This document shows, in pieces, positions 36,399 through 49,055 of a stretch of 64,000 bases of DNA (its first letter is position 1; every line of letters starts with the position of its first letter). Both the position numbers and the translations under genes were made by a program. The notes beneath the pieces were generated by a model that was not told where the DNA came from, did not search any database, and saw only the letters and a program-made list of their open reading frames with translations. The stretch comes from Octopus sinensis. Lineage: Eukaryota. The stretch is taken from assembly GCF_006345805.1 (NCBI RefSeq), contig NC_043001.1, positions 112,716,001 to 112,780,000 on the forward strand, given 5' to 3'.

Positions 36399-36786
36399 AA
36401 CAAATAATACAATATTACATAAGCATTTTACAATGTACATGTAGATCAGAGACTGTCGTCACTTCCGGTTTTTATCAATTTACTTGCATTGTTTAAGGAC
36501 AGTTTTACTTTCACTTCACGGCGGTAAACTGAAGGTTAACATAGCTACTCCATCACTTTCTGAAAATGGGACAATGACACCAGATAAACTCTTCTAAATA
36601 AGTTGGGAATATATTGTCCGAAGCGCTATGATGCATAGCGCGACATTTACTATTGATAAAATTCTATGTCCTTCTCTTTAGTTTAGTAGGTCGTTGGGAT
36701 CTACTAAAATAAAGACTGTGGTTTGCTATCAATAATGTTTTGGGGATTGTTTTCCTTTTGATATCTGCTATCATATGTACATAAAA

Positions 36787-36990
36787 TAAGGCGACAAACT
36801 GGCAAAATCGTTAGCACACCCGACTAAATAAAGGCTTAGCAGCATTTCTTCTGGTTTTACGTTCTGCGTTAAAATTCTGTCGAGGCCGATGTTACCTTTC
36901 ATCCAGTGGCGATAAAATAAATACCAGTTGAACACAAGGGTCGATTTAATCGAGTAGCCTACTGCCCCCAAATTTCAAGACTTGTACTTA
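36787..36990 (+). mobile_element. Diverged SINE family C
   Basis: AAGGCGACAAACTGGCAAAATCGTTAGCAC..TTTCATCC..GATAAAATAAATACCAG. Confidence 0.7.
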
Positions 36991-37315
36991 TAAGATAGCA
37001 GAAAGAATCATATCTACTTTAAATGAAGGATCGCTGTGCAAGCGTTTTGTCGAACGCTCTATCAAGTCTAATTCATTTATTTATTTTTCCATGATGAAAA
37101 GGTATGATTTGAGAGAGATGGGTTGTTATTCAATTATAGGTTGAGTGCTCCCTTATTGGCTTTGATTATTATCTCTGTGTAATCTTGAAGTTCTGGGTAT
37201 TTCTTGTTGAGAAAAAATAATTGCTTTGTGGACCACTTTGTTCCCTTTCAGCTTTTAGCTTCATTTGTTCTTCTTGGTCTTTGTTTCCACCCCTTTTCGT
37301 TCTAATTTCTTTATA

Positions 37316-37454
37316 GGTGCAGGCATGGCGTGGCTGTGTGGTAAGAAACTTGCTTCCCAACCACATGGCACCTTGGGCAAGTGTGTTCTACAGCTTCGGG
37401 CCCACTAAAGCCTTTTGAGTGGATTTAGTACACAAAAACTAAAAGAAGCCCGTC

Positions 37455-37530
<76 letters not shown>

Positions 37531-37737
37531 GTATGTAATGTATGTATACATATCTATGTGTGTGTCTTTGTGTCTGTTTGTCGTCCACCACGGCTTAACA
37601 ACCACTCGTAACTTAACGACGTGGCAAAATAAATCGATAGAATAATTTACTAAGCTAAAAAAAAAAAAAGTCCTGGGGTCGATTTATTTGACTAACCCTT
37701 CAATGCGGAACTCCAGTATGGCCGCAGTCAAATGACG
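37316..37737 (+). mobile_element. Diverged SINE family A with deletions
   Basis: Head, core and GGCCGCAGTCAAATGAC tail. Confidence 0.8.
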
Positions 37738-37852
37738 TCACTACATTTGTGTTTTCTTTCCTTGTACGTAGTTTTTTTCTCTCTTTTTCTTTTGTCGTCT
37801 CAATTTTGTTTTGGAAGTCACTATAGATCGACAAACTGACCAAGAAACATCA

Positions 37853-38297
37853 TCATCATCATCATTGTTCGACCGTGGTCGAGACAATGGAATTTACCAT
37901 GCTACGCCAGACTTCACGGTCCATCATGGCATTACGGAGGTCCTGTTGCTGGATGCCTGTATCCCTGGAGATTACATCAGGGTAGGAGAGTGTGCGCCCT
38001 CTGGTATTGCGAGTAGATGGCTTCCAGAAGAGAAGAGGAGAAATTACCTCGTTTTCAGCTCTACAACAATGTCCAGCAAACTGGACTGTCCTACCTTTCA
38101 CAAGAGATGACACAGGTGGTAGTTTCCCATATATTTGCATTTTGGTTGGATGGCGCTTCCACGAGAGATTTTGAGCTCTCATAAGGAGGCGAGTGTAGGT
38201 TCCATCCAACCGCCTCTCAAGCTTCTTTGATGACGTCCAGGTTTCTGAGCCATATAGTAGAATTGGTTCGACTGTGGCTTTGAATATTTCAAGTTTG
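37853..38297 (-). mobile_element. RTE-clade LINE 3' end with (GAT)n tail and 11-bp TSD
   Basis: IFKATVEPILLYGSETW..LDGTYTRLLMRAQNLSW..FAGHCCR..DREVWR; TSD AAGAAACATCA at 37842 and 38298. Confidence 0.92.
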
Positions 38298-39165
38298 AAG
38301 AAACATCACCACCAACATCAACAACAACAATAATCTTTGGAAAACAAAATAAGCCGAAGGATTTAGTTTGTAGTACTATCTGATGGATTTAGCTCTGCCA
38401 AAACTTTCAAAGTCAGATTTATGATTTAATCGCTTATGTAATTCATGTAAGAGAGCAGAGAAAAATTGCGATATTTTAATCTTTATGTAGGAGTTCTCTG
38501 AGATATGGAATGCTTTTTTTTGTTTGTTTCCATGAGTTCCCAAAGGGTTAAAATTTGGGTAACGCTGCTCTAATCTTTTATACTAATTACAGTGACAAAT
38601 CCAGACGTTGTTTTCAGTTTTAACATATGTATGTATGTGTATGTATGTATGTATGTATGTATGTATGTATGTATGTATGTATGTATGTATGTATGTATGT
38701 ACAGGTGATAACTGTAGTCTTTGTAACGACTAATTCCCTATCTCATTTACAAAAAACGTGTGGGTGACACCTCACGCGTTTTGCAATCAACACAAAAAGA
38801 AATTAATATTCCCATAAGAAATTGTGTACACGAGAAGTTAATTACTTTAAACAATGTAGTAATTAATAATTAATATTTATTATATATTCAGTATGCCCGT
38901 AATTTTGTCACATCAAAATATATTCATATCGCAAGGCTTTCTTTTATATTTTTTCCCGTTTTCGCACATCGACTGATTAAAATAATTGAGCGAACAAGAT
39001 TTTACATCATGGTGGTGCAATAACATACAAATCAGTGTGGAGCTGTGCGGTCTGGTCGCTGGATCTGTCGTAAGTTGCCAGCTAAAGTCCTACAAATCAC
39101 ACTGGCTCAACCGTTGTAAAATGATGGGCACAGTAGTGCCATCTTGCCCATCTTAAAGTATGAGC

Positions 39166-39982
39166 ATCCTGGGTAACTGCTCAGGGTGCGAAAAAATTTT
39201 TTCCCCATCAAAGTTCTGGATTCCGGTTTACTAACTTATTTGCATACAGCCAATCAGAGTTCAGCTATCAAACTAATTTATGGGCGCATAACAAGTGGTG
39301 GGCGATAAGATAAGGTCACTTTGGCGAGGAATGACCATGCTTCTTTTCTCTTTTAAGAATGCTTGTTGTTCTTCTTAGGCATGGGGGGGGGGGGGAAGCA
39401 CTCCGTCGGTTACGACGATGAGGGTTCCGGTTGATCCGAATCAACGGAACAGCCTGCTCGTGAAATGAACGTGTAAGTGGCTGAGCACTCCACAGACACG
39501 TGTACCCTTAACGTAGTTCTGGGGGATATTCAGCGTGACACAGAGAGTGACAAGGCCGGCCCTTTGAAATACAGGTACAACAGAAACAGGAAGTAAGAGT
39601 GAGAGAAAGTTGTGGTGAAAGAGTACAGCAGGGATCATCACCATCCCTGCCGGAGCCTCGTGGAGCTTTAGGTGTTTTCGCTCAATAAACACTCACAACG
39701 CCCGGTCTGGGAATCGAAACCGCGATCCTATGACCGCGAGTCCGCTGCCCTAACCACTGGGCCATTGCGCCTCCTCTTAGGCATAATCTGAGAGCTGAAC
39801 GGCACCTTTCCTTTCACACATTTTAAACAATCCTTCAACTGTCTGCCACCAGCAACAACCTTTGTTAAAACATGACAACAAGGTCAAAGTGAGTTCTGAT
39901 TGACTCTATGCAATTGAGTTCATTACTGGGTCCGGAACTCTCGTGGGAAAAAAAAATTTCGTGCCCGGGGTTCCGACAGGAT
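39166..39982. mobile_element. Old foldback/MITE with imperfect inverted arms of about 95 bp, with SINE B nested
   Basis: 39166-39262 aligns with the reverse complement of 39891-39982 (GGG..CGAAA..TTTTTCCC, AGTTC.GGA, TTGCATA.AG.CAATCAGA). Confidence 0.55.
39383..39774 (-). mobile_element. SINE family B with 10-bp TSD and homopolymer C tail
   Basis: TSD TCTTAGGCAT (39373-39382, 39775-39784); G13 run at the tail end. Confidence 0.93.
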
Positions 39983-40121
39983 CAGGATCCCAATTCTGAT
40001 CTATGTATGCTGCGGCATATTGCCAATAAATAAATACTTAATCAATGATTCTCGACAATGTTTTGCCTATAACTCCTTTGATTCTTGTTTTACTCTCCTG
40101 GGCCTCCATAGACATTCAATG

Positions 40122-40158
<37 letters not shown>

Positions 40159-40169
40159 GTCTCTCTCTG

Positions 40170-40207
<38 letters not shown>

Positions 40208-40618
40208 CATACATACACACACACTGTATTTTTTGTGATAAGAAGGGCCATCCCGGGCGGCACACACTCTAGCTTCGCTAATGTCTTTAGTTTTCCTCTT
40301 CACCCACACCAAGCTTTTGAAAGGTCTGTCTACTCAACAATCTCTATGACTTCAATTGCATAAGGCACAGTCCCTGATGCAGGTAAAATACAAAATTGCT
40401 CTGTACCACAACAGTTAATGTAAGAAAGGACTACAAAACTTCTCGTTTGAAGAAATGCGAAAAGCAGTCTAAAACGCCTGTCGTCATGTCACAGTGTCGA
40501 TTCTCCAGACAGAATTTGGTTTAGAAAGACGCAAATATAGTTCTGTAGCTTTAAATTCCCTATACTTTAACGATCCATGTCTATCTTAGAGAAGATTTAG
40601 CATTTTTATATATTGTGT

Positions 40619-40747
40619 ACCTGGACACTAAATAAAGCTGACCAGAAGAGAATTAATGCATTCGAGCTTTGGTGTTGGAGAAGACTTTTATGGATTCCAT
40701 GGACAGCGAGGCTCACCAATAGAGAAGTTCTTAAGCAGATCAGGCCG
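40619..40747 (+). mobile_element. RTE-BovB-like LINE fragment (post-RT region)
   Basis: TWTLNKADQKRINAFELWCWRRLLWIPWTARLTNREVLKQIRP. Confidence 0.88.
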
Positions 40748-41405
40748 TATGGTTAAAAAGCATGCTGCGACCACGTTGTTTTGTGTTAAGCCCTATAGCG
40801 CAACGCCTTAGGCAAGTGTCTTCTACTACAGCCTCCGACCAACAAATGTATTGTCAGAGAATGTGGTATACGGAAACTGTGTGGAAACCTGTTGTATGTC
40901 TCTATCTATCTATCTATCTATCTATCTGTCTGTCTGTGTTTCTTTCCCTCCGCTTGATATATGTATACGTTACACACACACACACACATACACATACACA
41001 CACACACATAAAATGTACACGTTATATTATCTATGCACATATATAATATACAGGTTATAAAAAAAATATTTGTATTGTGGGAGCAGTTTCCAGTTATAAA
41101 AAGGACGGGACGGCGTATCTCGTGTTTTGCCTTGCGCCAGTATTACTGAAAATATTTGTCTGTAGTAAGGCCGATAAAGGCAAGTTAAATAGAAAAGGGG
41201 TCATTGTGGAAACTCCTCCTTTTTTTTCCCCTTTCACGTGTTTTTTTAAACTGTATTTTCCTTTCTGTCTTCATCACTTTCTTTGTGTGGATAAATGTTT
41301 GCATGTCCCCTTCTCATATAATTTTCTTCTGCGTATCATTCCAATATTGTAGTGGGGAAAAGAAAAGCAAAATTAAAGAAAAATATAGGTGGTGAGCTTT
41401 GTATG

Positions 41406-41440
<35 letters not shown>

Positions 41441-41560
41441 ATTATGTATATGTATATATATATATGTATATATTTACATATACATATATATACATAAGTA
41501 TATATTTATACACACACACATATACGTACATATATATATATATGTATACACATATACAGC

Positions 41561-42722
41561 TCTCTATATAAAATTCTTTCCCCTGTGCATTTTCAAACGG
41601 CTCGACCAAATCAGATCAAATTTTACAAGGTCCCCAGATCAAATTTTACAAGGCCCCATGAGTATCAGTCCCCATAAGTGTCAACATGTAATTTTTTTTT
41701 CATTTGGATTAAAACAACATAAACATTGGCACTGGTTCGGTATTACGTGTCAAAAGTAAAAGAATATCATCTATATTGTAATGTGATATAATAGTTTTAT
41801 TTTTATTCTTTCACTTTTAATTCTAATGTGATATTGTTTCACTTTTATTCTTTCACATTTAACTCTAATGTGATAACACTAAGATCATCTTAATTCTATT
41901 ATATTTGAAACAAATGAATAATTTGCATCCTAATGTGAACCACATTACGCATCGGCAACTTTCCGTCTTTAAGGCCACCGCAGCGGAATGGTGTGTCAGA
42001 GAGTCTCAAGAGAGAAGAGACTTTCCCAAGATCAGCAGACGCATGCAGCAGCACGTCAAATAGTCTCAAGACAGAAGCGACATGAGGTTTTCTCAAAATC
42101 AGCAAATGCTCCGTCAGACGGAGTCTCGAGAGAAAAGGGAGATGAGACTTTCCCAAGATTAGCATATGCATGCTGTGACACTTATCATTAAAACAACGTT
42201 TTAATGATTAGATAGAGGTCCAATAGGATAGATCTCAGAAACAGACTACGTACAAATTCGTTTTTAACAATTCCTGGAGCTGCTTTCAGATATGATCCAT
42301 CCCATTCTTATAAGAATGATAATCTTGTCCAAATTGGTGTGCTAAACTCAAATTATCGTTTCTACAAAGCTTTGAAATTTCCAAATGAAACTAATGGCAT
42401 GTGCTGCTCAGGCGGTAAGGTAAGATTGCCAGCACTACTAGCTCCTCCTCGACCTCTTATGAATCTTCTGGAAGGCACTTCCATCCAGTCAAAGGATTTT
42501 CTGAACAATATCAGACAATACAACTCTGCATTTCAAATGACATCGTTTGGTGCATCTAAGAAGATAGTTGAACATGGATTTACGCTGACGTTCAAAGTTC
42601 AAGGGCAAGTCTATCACCTCACTAGTTCCCTGTTACCCACAAATAAACAACCACAGTTCCTGCAAATTTATTTTATGAGTGAGGTAGGACAACAAACCTG
42701 AAGAAGGTGTCAAAACTTCAGA
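41561..42722 (+). mobile_element. Helitron 5' end plus decayed RepHel N-terminal coding region
   Basis: 5' TCTATATAAAA, an ACGGCTCGACC..GATCAAATTT motif and short tandem duplications, then AAFRYDP..KALKFPNETNGMCCSGGKVRLP..FLNNIRQYNSAFQMTSFGA..FKVQGQVYH..LLP..FLQIYF. Confidence 0.9.
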
Positions 42723-42965
42723 GGATGGGTCGTGTTAGACGCAGCGCTGACTGCCGCAAAGGAGAGTATATCTACTGACAGATTTTCGGTGCATTCAAAA
42801 ATCACATTCATCCCAGCCCCAATTTTCCATGCAACTTTTGAGCCTGGAATACTCCAAAAGGCCGCATGGCATCTCGCTTAGTTGAATTAGCCAATCATTT
42901 ACTCCACAAATGTTTTGTCAATGCTGCACTTTCCCGTATCACCTGTTTCAACATATTCTTCTATC

Positions 42966-43150
42966 TGTTTCAGTCATTTGTCTGCGGCCATGCTGGGGCA
43001 CTGCCTTTAGCCGAATAAATCGACCCCCAGTACTTATTCTTTGTAAGCCTAGTACTTATTCTATCGGTCTCTTACCGAACCGCTAAGTGACGGGGACGTA
43101 AACACACTAGCATCGGTTGTCAAACGATGGTGGGAGGACAAACAGACAAA
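42966..43150 (-). mobile_element. SINE family A, 3' half
   Basis: Tail and GTAAGCCTAGTACTTATTC block. Confidence 0.85.
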
Positions 43151-43192
43151 TACATACATACATACATATGTATGTGTGTGTCTATATATATA

Positions 43193-43246
<54 letters not shown>

Positions 43247-43424
43247 CACACAAACACACACACACACACATACACACACACATATATATATATATATACG
43301 TGTATGTGTATGTATATGGTGTATATCTTTTGTAGGGTTTATTTATAAGAAGTCGGAGGACATAAAGGAGATACATAAACTGAGTGCTCAGGTCGACATT
43401 AAGAGAGACTGTGTGTAGTATGTA

Positions 43425-43513
<89 letters not shown>

Positions 43514-43958
43514 TATATATACAGACAGACAGACAAATTCGCGCGCGCCCACACACGCCCAGACGCACACAAATATATATGTGTGTGTGTATATATATAT
43601 ATATATATTATATAGGGGTGGGGAATAACTTGAAAGGTTCTCGGTACATGACCCCTGTTTTAATGTTCTCTTAAATTCCGCCGCCTCCCACTGAATATTA
43701 TAAGGGAAAGATCAAAAACAATGATCACAAAAAAAAGAAACAAAAAAGAAACACAAGTATCGATCTCCGTTTCGCTATCGAGTTTTAATCTCATTGTTGT
43801 TGTCATCATCTGATTTTCTCTTAATCTCTACTGATTCCTTATTTTCTCTTTTATTAAAACTTTGACCATTCCCCATCTTTCAGGTGTTTGCATTTTTGCG
43901 TAGCCCCTTTTATAAATTAGGACTCAGTTAAACTGGTCAGTGTCCTTTTGCGCACAGT

Positions 43959-44875
43959 AAACTTAGATAAACTTAGATATGTTTCGACCAAAGATTGGTC
44001 CAGGCCATGTCTAACTTAATAGCACCACCTGATAGGATTATTCGAATCCTGTTTAAGTCAAGTTTTGTTCAAGTAGTGAGTTCTTGTTGGGTGAGTTGTA
44101 TCCAGTTTTGTTCAAGTAGTGTTGAGTTCTTGTTGGGTGAGTTGTATCCAGTTTTGTTCAAGTAGTGAGTTCTTGTTGGGTGAGTTGTATCAGTTTTGTT
44201 CAAGTAGTGAGTTCTTGTTGGGTGAGTTGTATCCAGTTTTGTTCAAGTAGTGAGTTCTTGTGGGTGAGTTGTATCCAGTTTTTGTTCAGTAGTGAGTTCT
44301 TGTGGTGAGTTGTATCCAGTTTTGTTCAAGTAGTGAGTTCTTGTTGGGTGAGTTGTATCCAGTTTTGTTCAAGTAGTGAGTTCTTGTTGGGTGGGTGGTT
44401 ATCCAGTTTTGTTCAAGTAGTGAGTTCTTGTTGGGTGAGTTGTATCCAGTTTTGTTCAAGTAGTGAGTTCTTGTTGGGTGAGTTGTATCCAGTTTTGTTC
44501 AAGTAGTGAGTTCTTGTTGGGTGAGTTGTATCCAGTTTTGTTCAAGTAGTGAGTTCTTGTTGGGTGAGTTGTATCCAATTATGGGTGGCTTATCTGGTAT
44601 TCTTCGAAGGAATCTATCCAGACTCTGTTTAAAGTTGATGGGATCCTTTTCCTCTTTGATATCCCTCGGGACAATGTTAAATAGGGCAGGGCCTGTTGAG
44701 GAAAAGAAATTATGTTGCAGTGTACATGTATGTTGTGATCTTGAATTGGGCAAGGGACGTATGGCCCGTGGTCCCAGTCTTGGATGAACCTTGAAGCTAA
44801 TGTTAAGGTCGTTTGGGCAAAGTTGGCGGTATATTCTCCACATCGTACAAATGATGTATCGCTCACGGCGTATGG
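43959..44875 (-). mobile_element. APE-type LINE (CR1/L2/Jockey-I group) 3' end with short tandem tail
   Basis: RRERYII..WRI..RLGPRA..GPALFNIVP..FKQSLDRFLRRIPDKP..GYNSPNKNSLL; 3' UTR; (ATCTAAGTTT)2 tail. Confidence 0.88.
44061..44577. repeat. 43-bp minisatellite, about 12 copies
   Basis: Unit GTTTTGTTCAAGTAGTGAGTTCTTGTTGGGTGAGTTGTATCCA; no spacers. Confidence 0.95.
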
Positions 44876-44917
44876 TTCTGTTGTTTGTGTGTGTGTGTTT
44901 CTGTGCATGTGTATACA

Positions 44918-45148
44918 CAGACGTAGCTGTGTGGTAAAAGCTTGCTTTCCAGCCATGTGGTCTCGGGTTCAATCTCACTGCATGACTCCTAGTTTTCCAC
45001 TATAGACACCGGGTTGACCAAAACCTTACGAGTGAATTTGGTACACAGAAACTAAAAGAAGCCCGTCGTATGTATGCATGTATGTATGTATGTATGTATG
45101 TATGTATGTATGTATGTATGTATGTATGTATCTGTGTATGTATGTATG

Positions 45149-45206
<58 letters not shown>

Positions 45207-45415
45207 CATATTATATGTATATATCTATGTGTGTGTGTGTTTGGCCTTCCGCCATTGCATGACAACCGATGTTGGTGTGTTTACGTCTCCGTAACTTATC
45301 ACTTCCGCAAAAGACGAACCATAGAATAAGGCTTATTTGATTTCTTCGAATAAAAAGTCTCTTTAAGGTGGTGCTCCAGTATGACCGCAGTCAGATGACT
45401 GAAACAAGCAAAAGA
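44918..45415 (+). mobile_element. Diverged SINE family A
   Basis: Head, core and tail recognisable. Confidence 0.82.
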
Positions 45416-45475
45416 ACATTATATATATATATATATATATATGAGTAAAAATACGTTCTTAGCAGAACACAACTC

Positions 45476-45551
<76 letters not shown>

Positions 45552-45561
45552 TCGATCGATC

Positions 45562-45621
<60 letters not shown>

Positions 45622-45948
45622 TATAGATAGATAGATAGATAGATAGATATAGCTAGATAGATAGATAGATATCGCTGTTGGACGCTTCAGATACAACGTA
45701 CTAGTAAGATAAGGCATCGTGACAAATGTACAAGTGTGTTCAGTGCAGTGTAATGAGGTGTACTTTAATAGTTTAGATGTATCATCGAGTCTGGAGAGTT
45801 TCCAACATTTTTATGTTTCACCTAGAGACGTTCTATTCTGTCAATAAGAATTTTACCAGTTGCACCTTTTAAAAATATCATCTTTCCTTTCTCACTCCTA
45901 TTCTCTCTAACTCTCTTTTTTTACTTCTCCTTTTCACTGACATCTACG

Positions 45949-46003
<55 letters not shown>

Positions 46004-46300
46004 CTATAAACTACGTAAGGTTAGCTCATGCTTAAAATATTTAATTTTAGCCTCGCTGTGACAAAAGAAGCATCGCGGTTTATTTCCACATCGAGGCTAA
46101 AAATATGCTTATTAAGCTTATGACCGTAACCTTGGTTACGGTTTTAATCGCGTAACTTACTCTGCGTTATTCCAGTTACTATATATATATATATATATAT
46201 ACATATATATATAGATATATATATATATAGATATATATATAATATATATATATGTATATATATATGTATAATATATGTATATATATATATATAGATAATG

Positions 46301-46336
<36 letters not shown>

Positions 46337-46337
46337 G

Positions 46338-46386
<49 letters not shown>

Positions 46387-46458
46387 ATATAATATATATA
46401 TATATATATATATACTATATATATATATATACTTTATTTTAAGCAGCAGAAAATTCAA

Positions 46459-46508
46459 CAAAATCTGTTACTCTGACTTTCTCGTTGCCGTTCATCAGAC
46501 AGTTTTTG
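46459..46508 (-). ncRNA. Hammerhead ribozyme, core intact, stem III C-to-G substitution
   Basis: Reverse complement: CTGT-CTGATGA-ACGGCAACGA-GAAA-GTCAGAGTA^ACAG. Confidence 0.6.
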
Positions 46509-46519
46509 CTAGAATCTAG

Positions 46520-46567
46520 CAAAAACTGTCTTGAACGGCAACGAGAAACTCAGAGTAACAGATTTTG
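46520..46567 (+). ncRNA. Hammerhead ribozyme with a 2-nt core deletion (probably inactive)
   Basis: CTGT-CT--TGA-ACGGCAACGA-GAAA-CTCAGAGTA^ACAG. Confidence 0.5.
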
Positions 46568-47075
46568 TTGAATTTTCTGCTGCTTAAAATAAAGCATATT
46601 ACTCTACCACTGGTATTTGAGTACTCTTTTTTCCACCTTGTTTCACATTTATGTGTTTACTCTGGTCTATATATATATATATATATATGTATGTATATAT
46701 ATATATATATGTATATATATGTATGTATTGTTTGACGGTATATGTATTCAAAGTTCTTTAGTTCCGTTCTATTTCGTTCATTCTCATAAATATTGTTTTT
46801 ATACCTCTAATTAATTTATAATTACTTATTGTGCACTTTCGGTGAATTAATACCGCGTTAATAGATTAACACGGGGAGCACATGTTCATCTATTTGTCTA
46901 CGGATATCGCCTCGGAGTTCTTTCGAATATATAAATATAACACCTCCACCACGTGTGTGTGTGTGTCTGCGTGTGTGTATATATATGTGTGTGTGTATGT
47001 ATGTGTGTATATATGTGTGCGTGTGTGTATGTATGTGTGTATATATGTGTGTGTGCGTGTTTATGTGTATATATA

Positions 47076-47397
47076 GGCGCAGGCGTGGCTGTGTGGTAAG
47101 AAGCTTGCTTCCCGACCACATGGTTCCGGGTTCAGTTCCACTGCGTGGCACCTTGGACAAGTGTCTTCTACTATAGACCAAGGCCGACCAAAAGCCTTGT
47201 TAGTGGATTTGGTAGACGGAAACTGAAAGAAGCCTGTCGCTTGTGTGTATGTTTGTCCCCACCTCACCCCATCGCTTGACAACCAATGCTAGTGGTTCGG
47301 CAAAGAGACCGATAGAATAAATACCAGGCTTACAAAGAATAAGCCCTGGGATCGATTTCTTTGACTAAAGGTGGTACTCCAGCATGGTCGCAGTCAA
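47076..47397 (+). mobile_element. SINE family A with internal deletions
   Basis: Head, core and partial tail. Confidence 0.88.
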
Positions 47398-47630
47398 TCT
47401 AACCAATCAAATAGAATGAGTTGTCCCAACAATATTATTATGGAACGATTTATGCTACTTATAACATTCTAAGCACAAATTACGTTATCCGGAAACTCCG
47501 TATTCGAACTGTGACAAAGTAATATATATATATATATATATGTCCCGAATATTTTAGTAATTGAGTGATGCCTATTGTGTAATGATTGCTTAACTACTAA
47601 CCATAAAACTTGATTCTGTGATATATTATC

Positions 47631-47864
47631 TGTTTCTTTACTACCCACAAGGGGCTAAACACAGAGGGGACAAACAAAGACAGACAAACGGATTAAGTCG
47701 ATTACATCGACCCCAGTGCGTAACTGGTACTTAATTTATCGACCTCCGAAAGGATGAAAGGCAAAGTCGACCTCGGCGGAATTTTGAACTCAGAACGTAA
47801 CGGCAGACGAAATACAGCTACGCATTTCGCTCGGTGTGCTAACGTTTCTGCCAGCTCGCCGCCT
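47631..47864 (-). mobile_element. SINE family C, intact, 17-bp TSD (1 mismatch)
   Basis: TTCTGTGATATATTATC / TTCTGTGATGTATTATC. Confidence 0.93.
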
Positions 47865-48482
47865 TTCTGTGATGTATTATCATTAACGGATTATATCATA
47901 TTTTTACTCTTCCACTGTTGCGCACGCACATACACACACACACGGAACGTTTATGTCCTGTGCACTTCTCACTAATGTCAGGTAACAACATGCTCGATTT
48001 GTTTGCATCAAACAACGACACTGAAGTGCAGAAAGATGATTCGTTGTTATATTTAGTTTGCCTATGAAGAAGTAATTAACATATGTATATGTGCACACGT
48101 GCGTGGGTGTGTGATGGTGTGGGTGTGTTGCGATATTGTTTAACTACAAAGTTATAGCCTTCTTTGAGTAGAGTCTACGATCAAAGATATTCATTCCATA
48201 ACCGTGTTTGCCTTTCACTCAGACACGTCCAATGTCTTCTCATTTCCAGGGACATTTAACTCTTCAGCTTTCATTCCCCACATCTACATTTCCCATATCC
48301 CTCCCTCCCTCCCTTGAAACTTGAGCAATTCCTCTCTTTAACATCCCCTCCTATCCCCCGAAAATCTTCATTTTGCCCCTTTTCTCTATTGATCTGAATA
48401 ACTCCATTCATAAAGCCTTTTCATTTTTAGCCTTAAAAACAGTAATTTTTCTGCTCATTTTTTCGCCTGGGTTGTGTTTTTA

Positions 48483-48540
<58 letters not shown>

Positions 48541-48554
48541 ACACACACACACAC

Positions 48555-49055
48555 GTGGATGTGTGGTAAGAAACTTGTTTCCCAACGACTTGGTTCAGAG
48601 TTGAGTCCCATTGCGTGACACTTTGGACAGGTGTCTTTTACTATAGTCTCGGGACTACCAAAGCCCTATGAGTGGATTTGGTAGACGGAAAGTGAAAGAA
48701 GCTCGTCGTATACACACACACACACACATATTTATGTGTGTGTGTGTCTGTGTTTGTCCTCCCGTCATCACTTGACAACCAATGCTGATGTGTTTATGTC
48801 CCTGTATATTAGCGGTTCGGCAAAAAACTCCGATAGAATAAGTATTAGGTTTACAAAGAATAAGTCCTGGGGGCAATTTTTTCCGACTAAAAATCCCTTG
48901 AAGGCGGTAACTTAGCGGTTCGGCAAAAAACTCTGATAGAATAAGTATTAGGTTTACAAAGAATAAGTCCTGAGGTCGATTTTTTTCCGACTAAAAATCC
49001 CTTGAAGGCGGTGCTCCAGCATGGCCGCATTCAAATGACCGAAACAAGCAAAAGA
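48555..49055 (+). mobile_element. SINE family A with an internal tandem duplication of about 100 bp
   Basis: 48809-48908 repeated at 48912-49012. Confidence 0.88.

Larger units (their letters stand above)
46432..46665 (+). mobile_element. Penelope-like terminal repeat P1 with an inverted partial copy on its 5' side
   Basis: Palindrome 46432-46594, then tail to 46665, in (TA)n. Confidence 0.8.

Noticed and set aside
42723-42960. Coding-like sequence after the Helitron fragment
   Set aside because: Stops in all frames and no motif I can name
44061-44577. CRISPR-like regular repeats
   Set aside because: Units are contiguous with no unique spacers and derive from a LINE ORF; eukaryotic context with no cas genes
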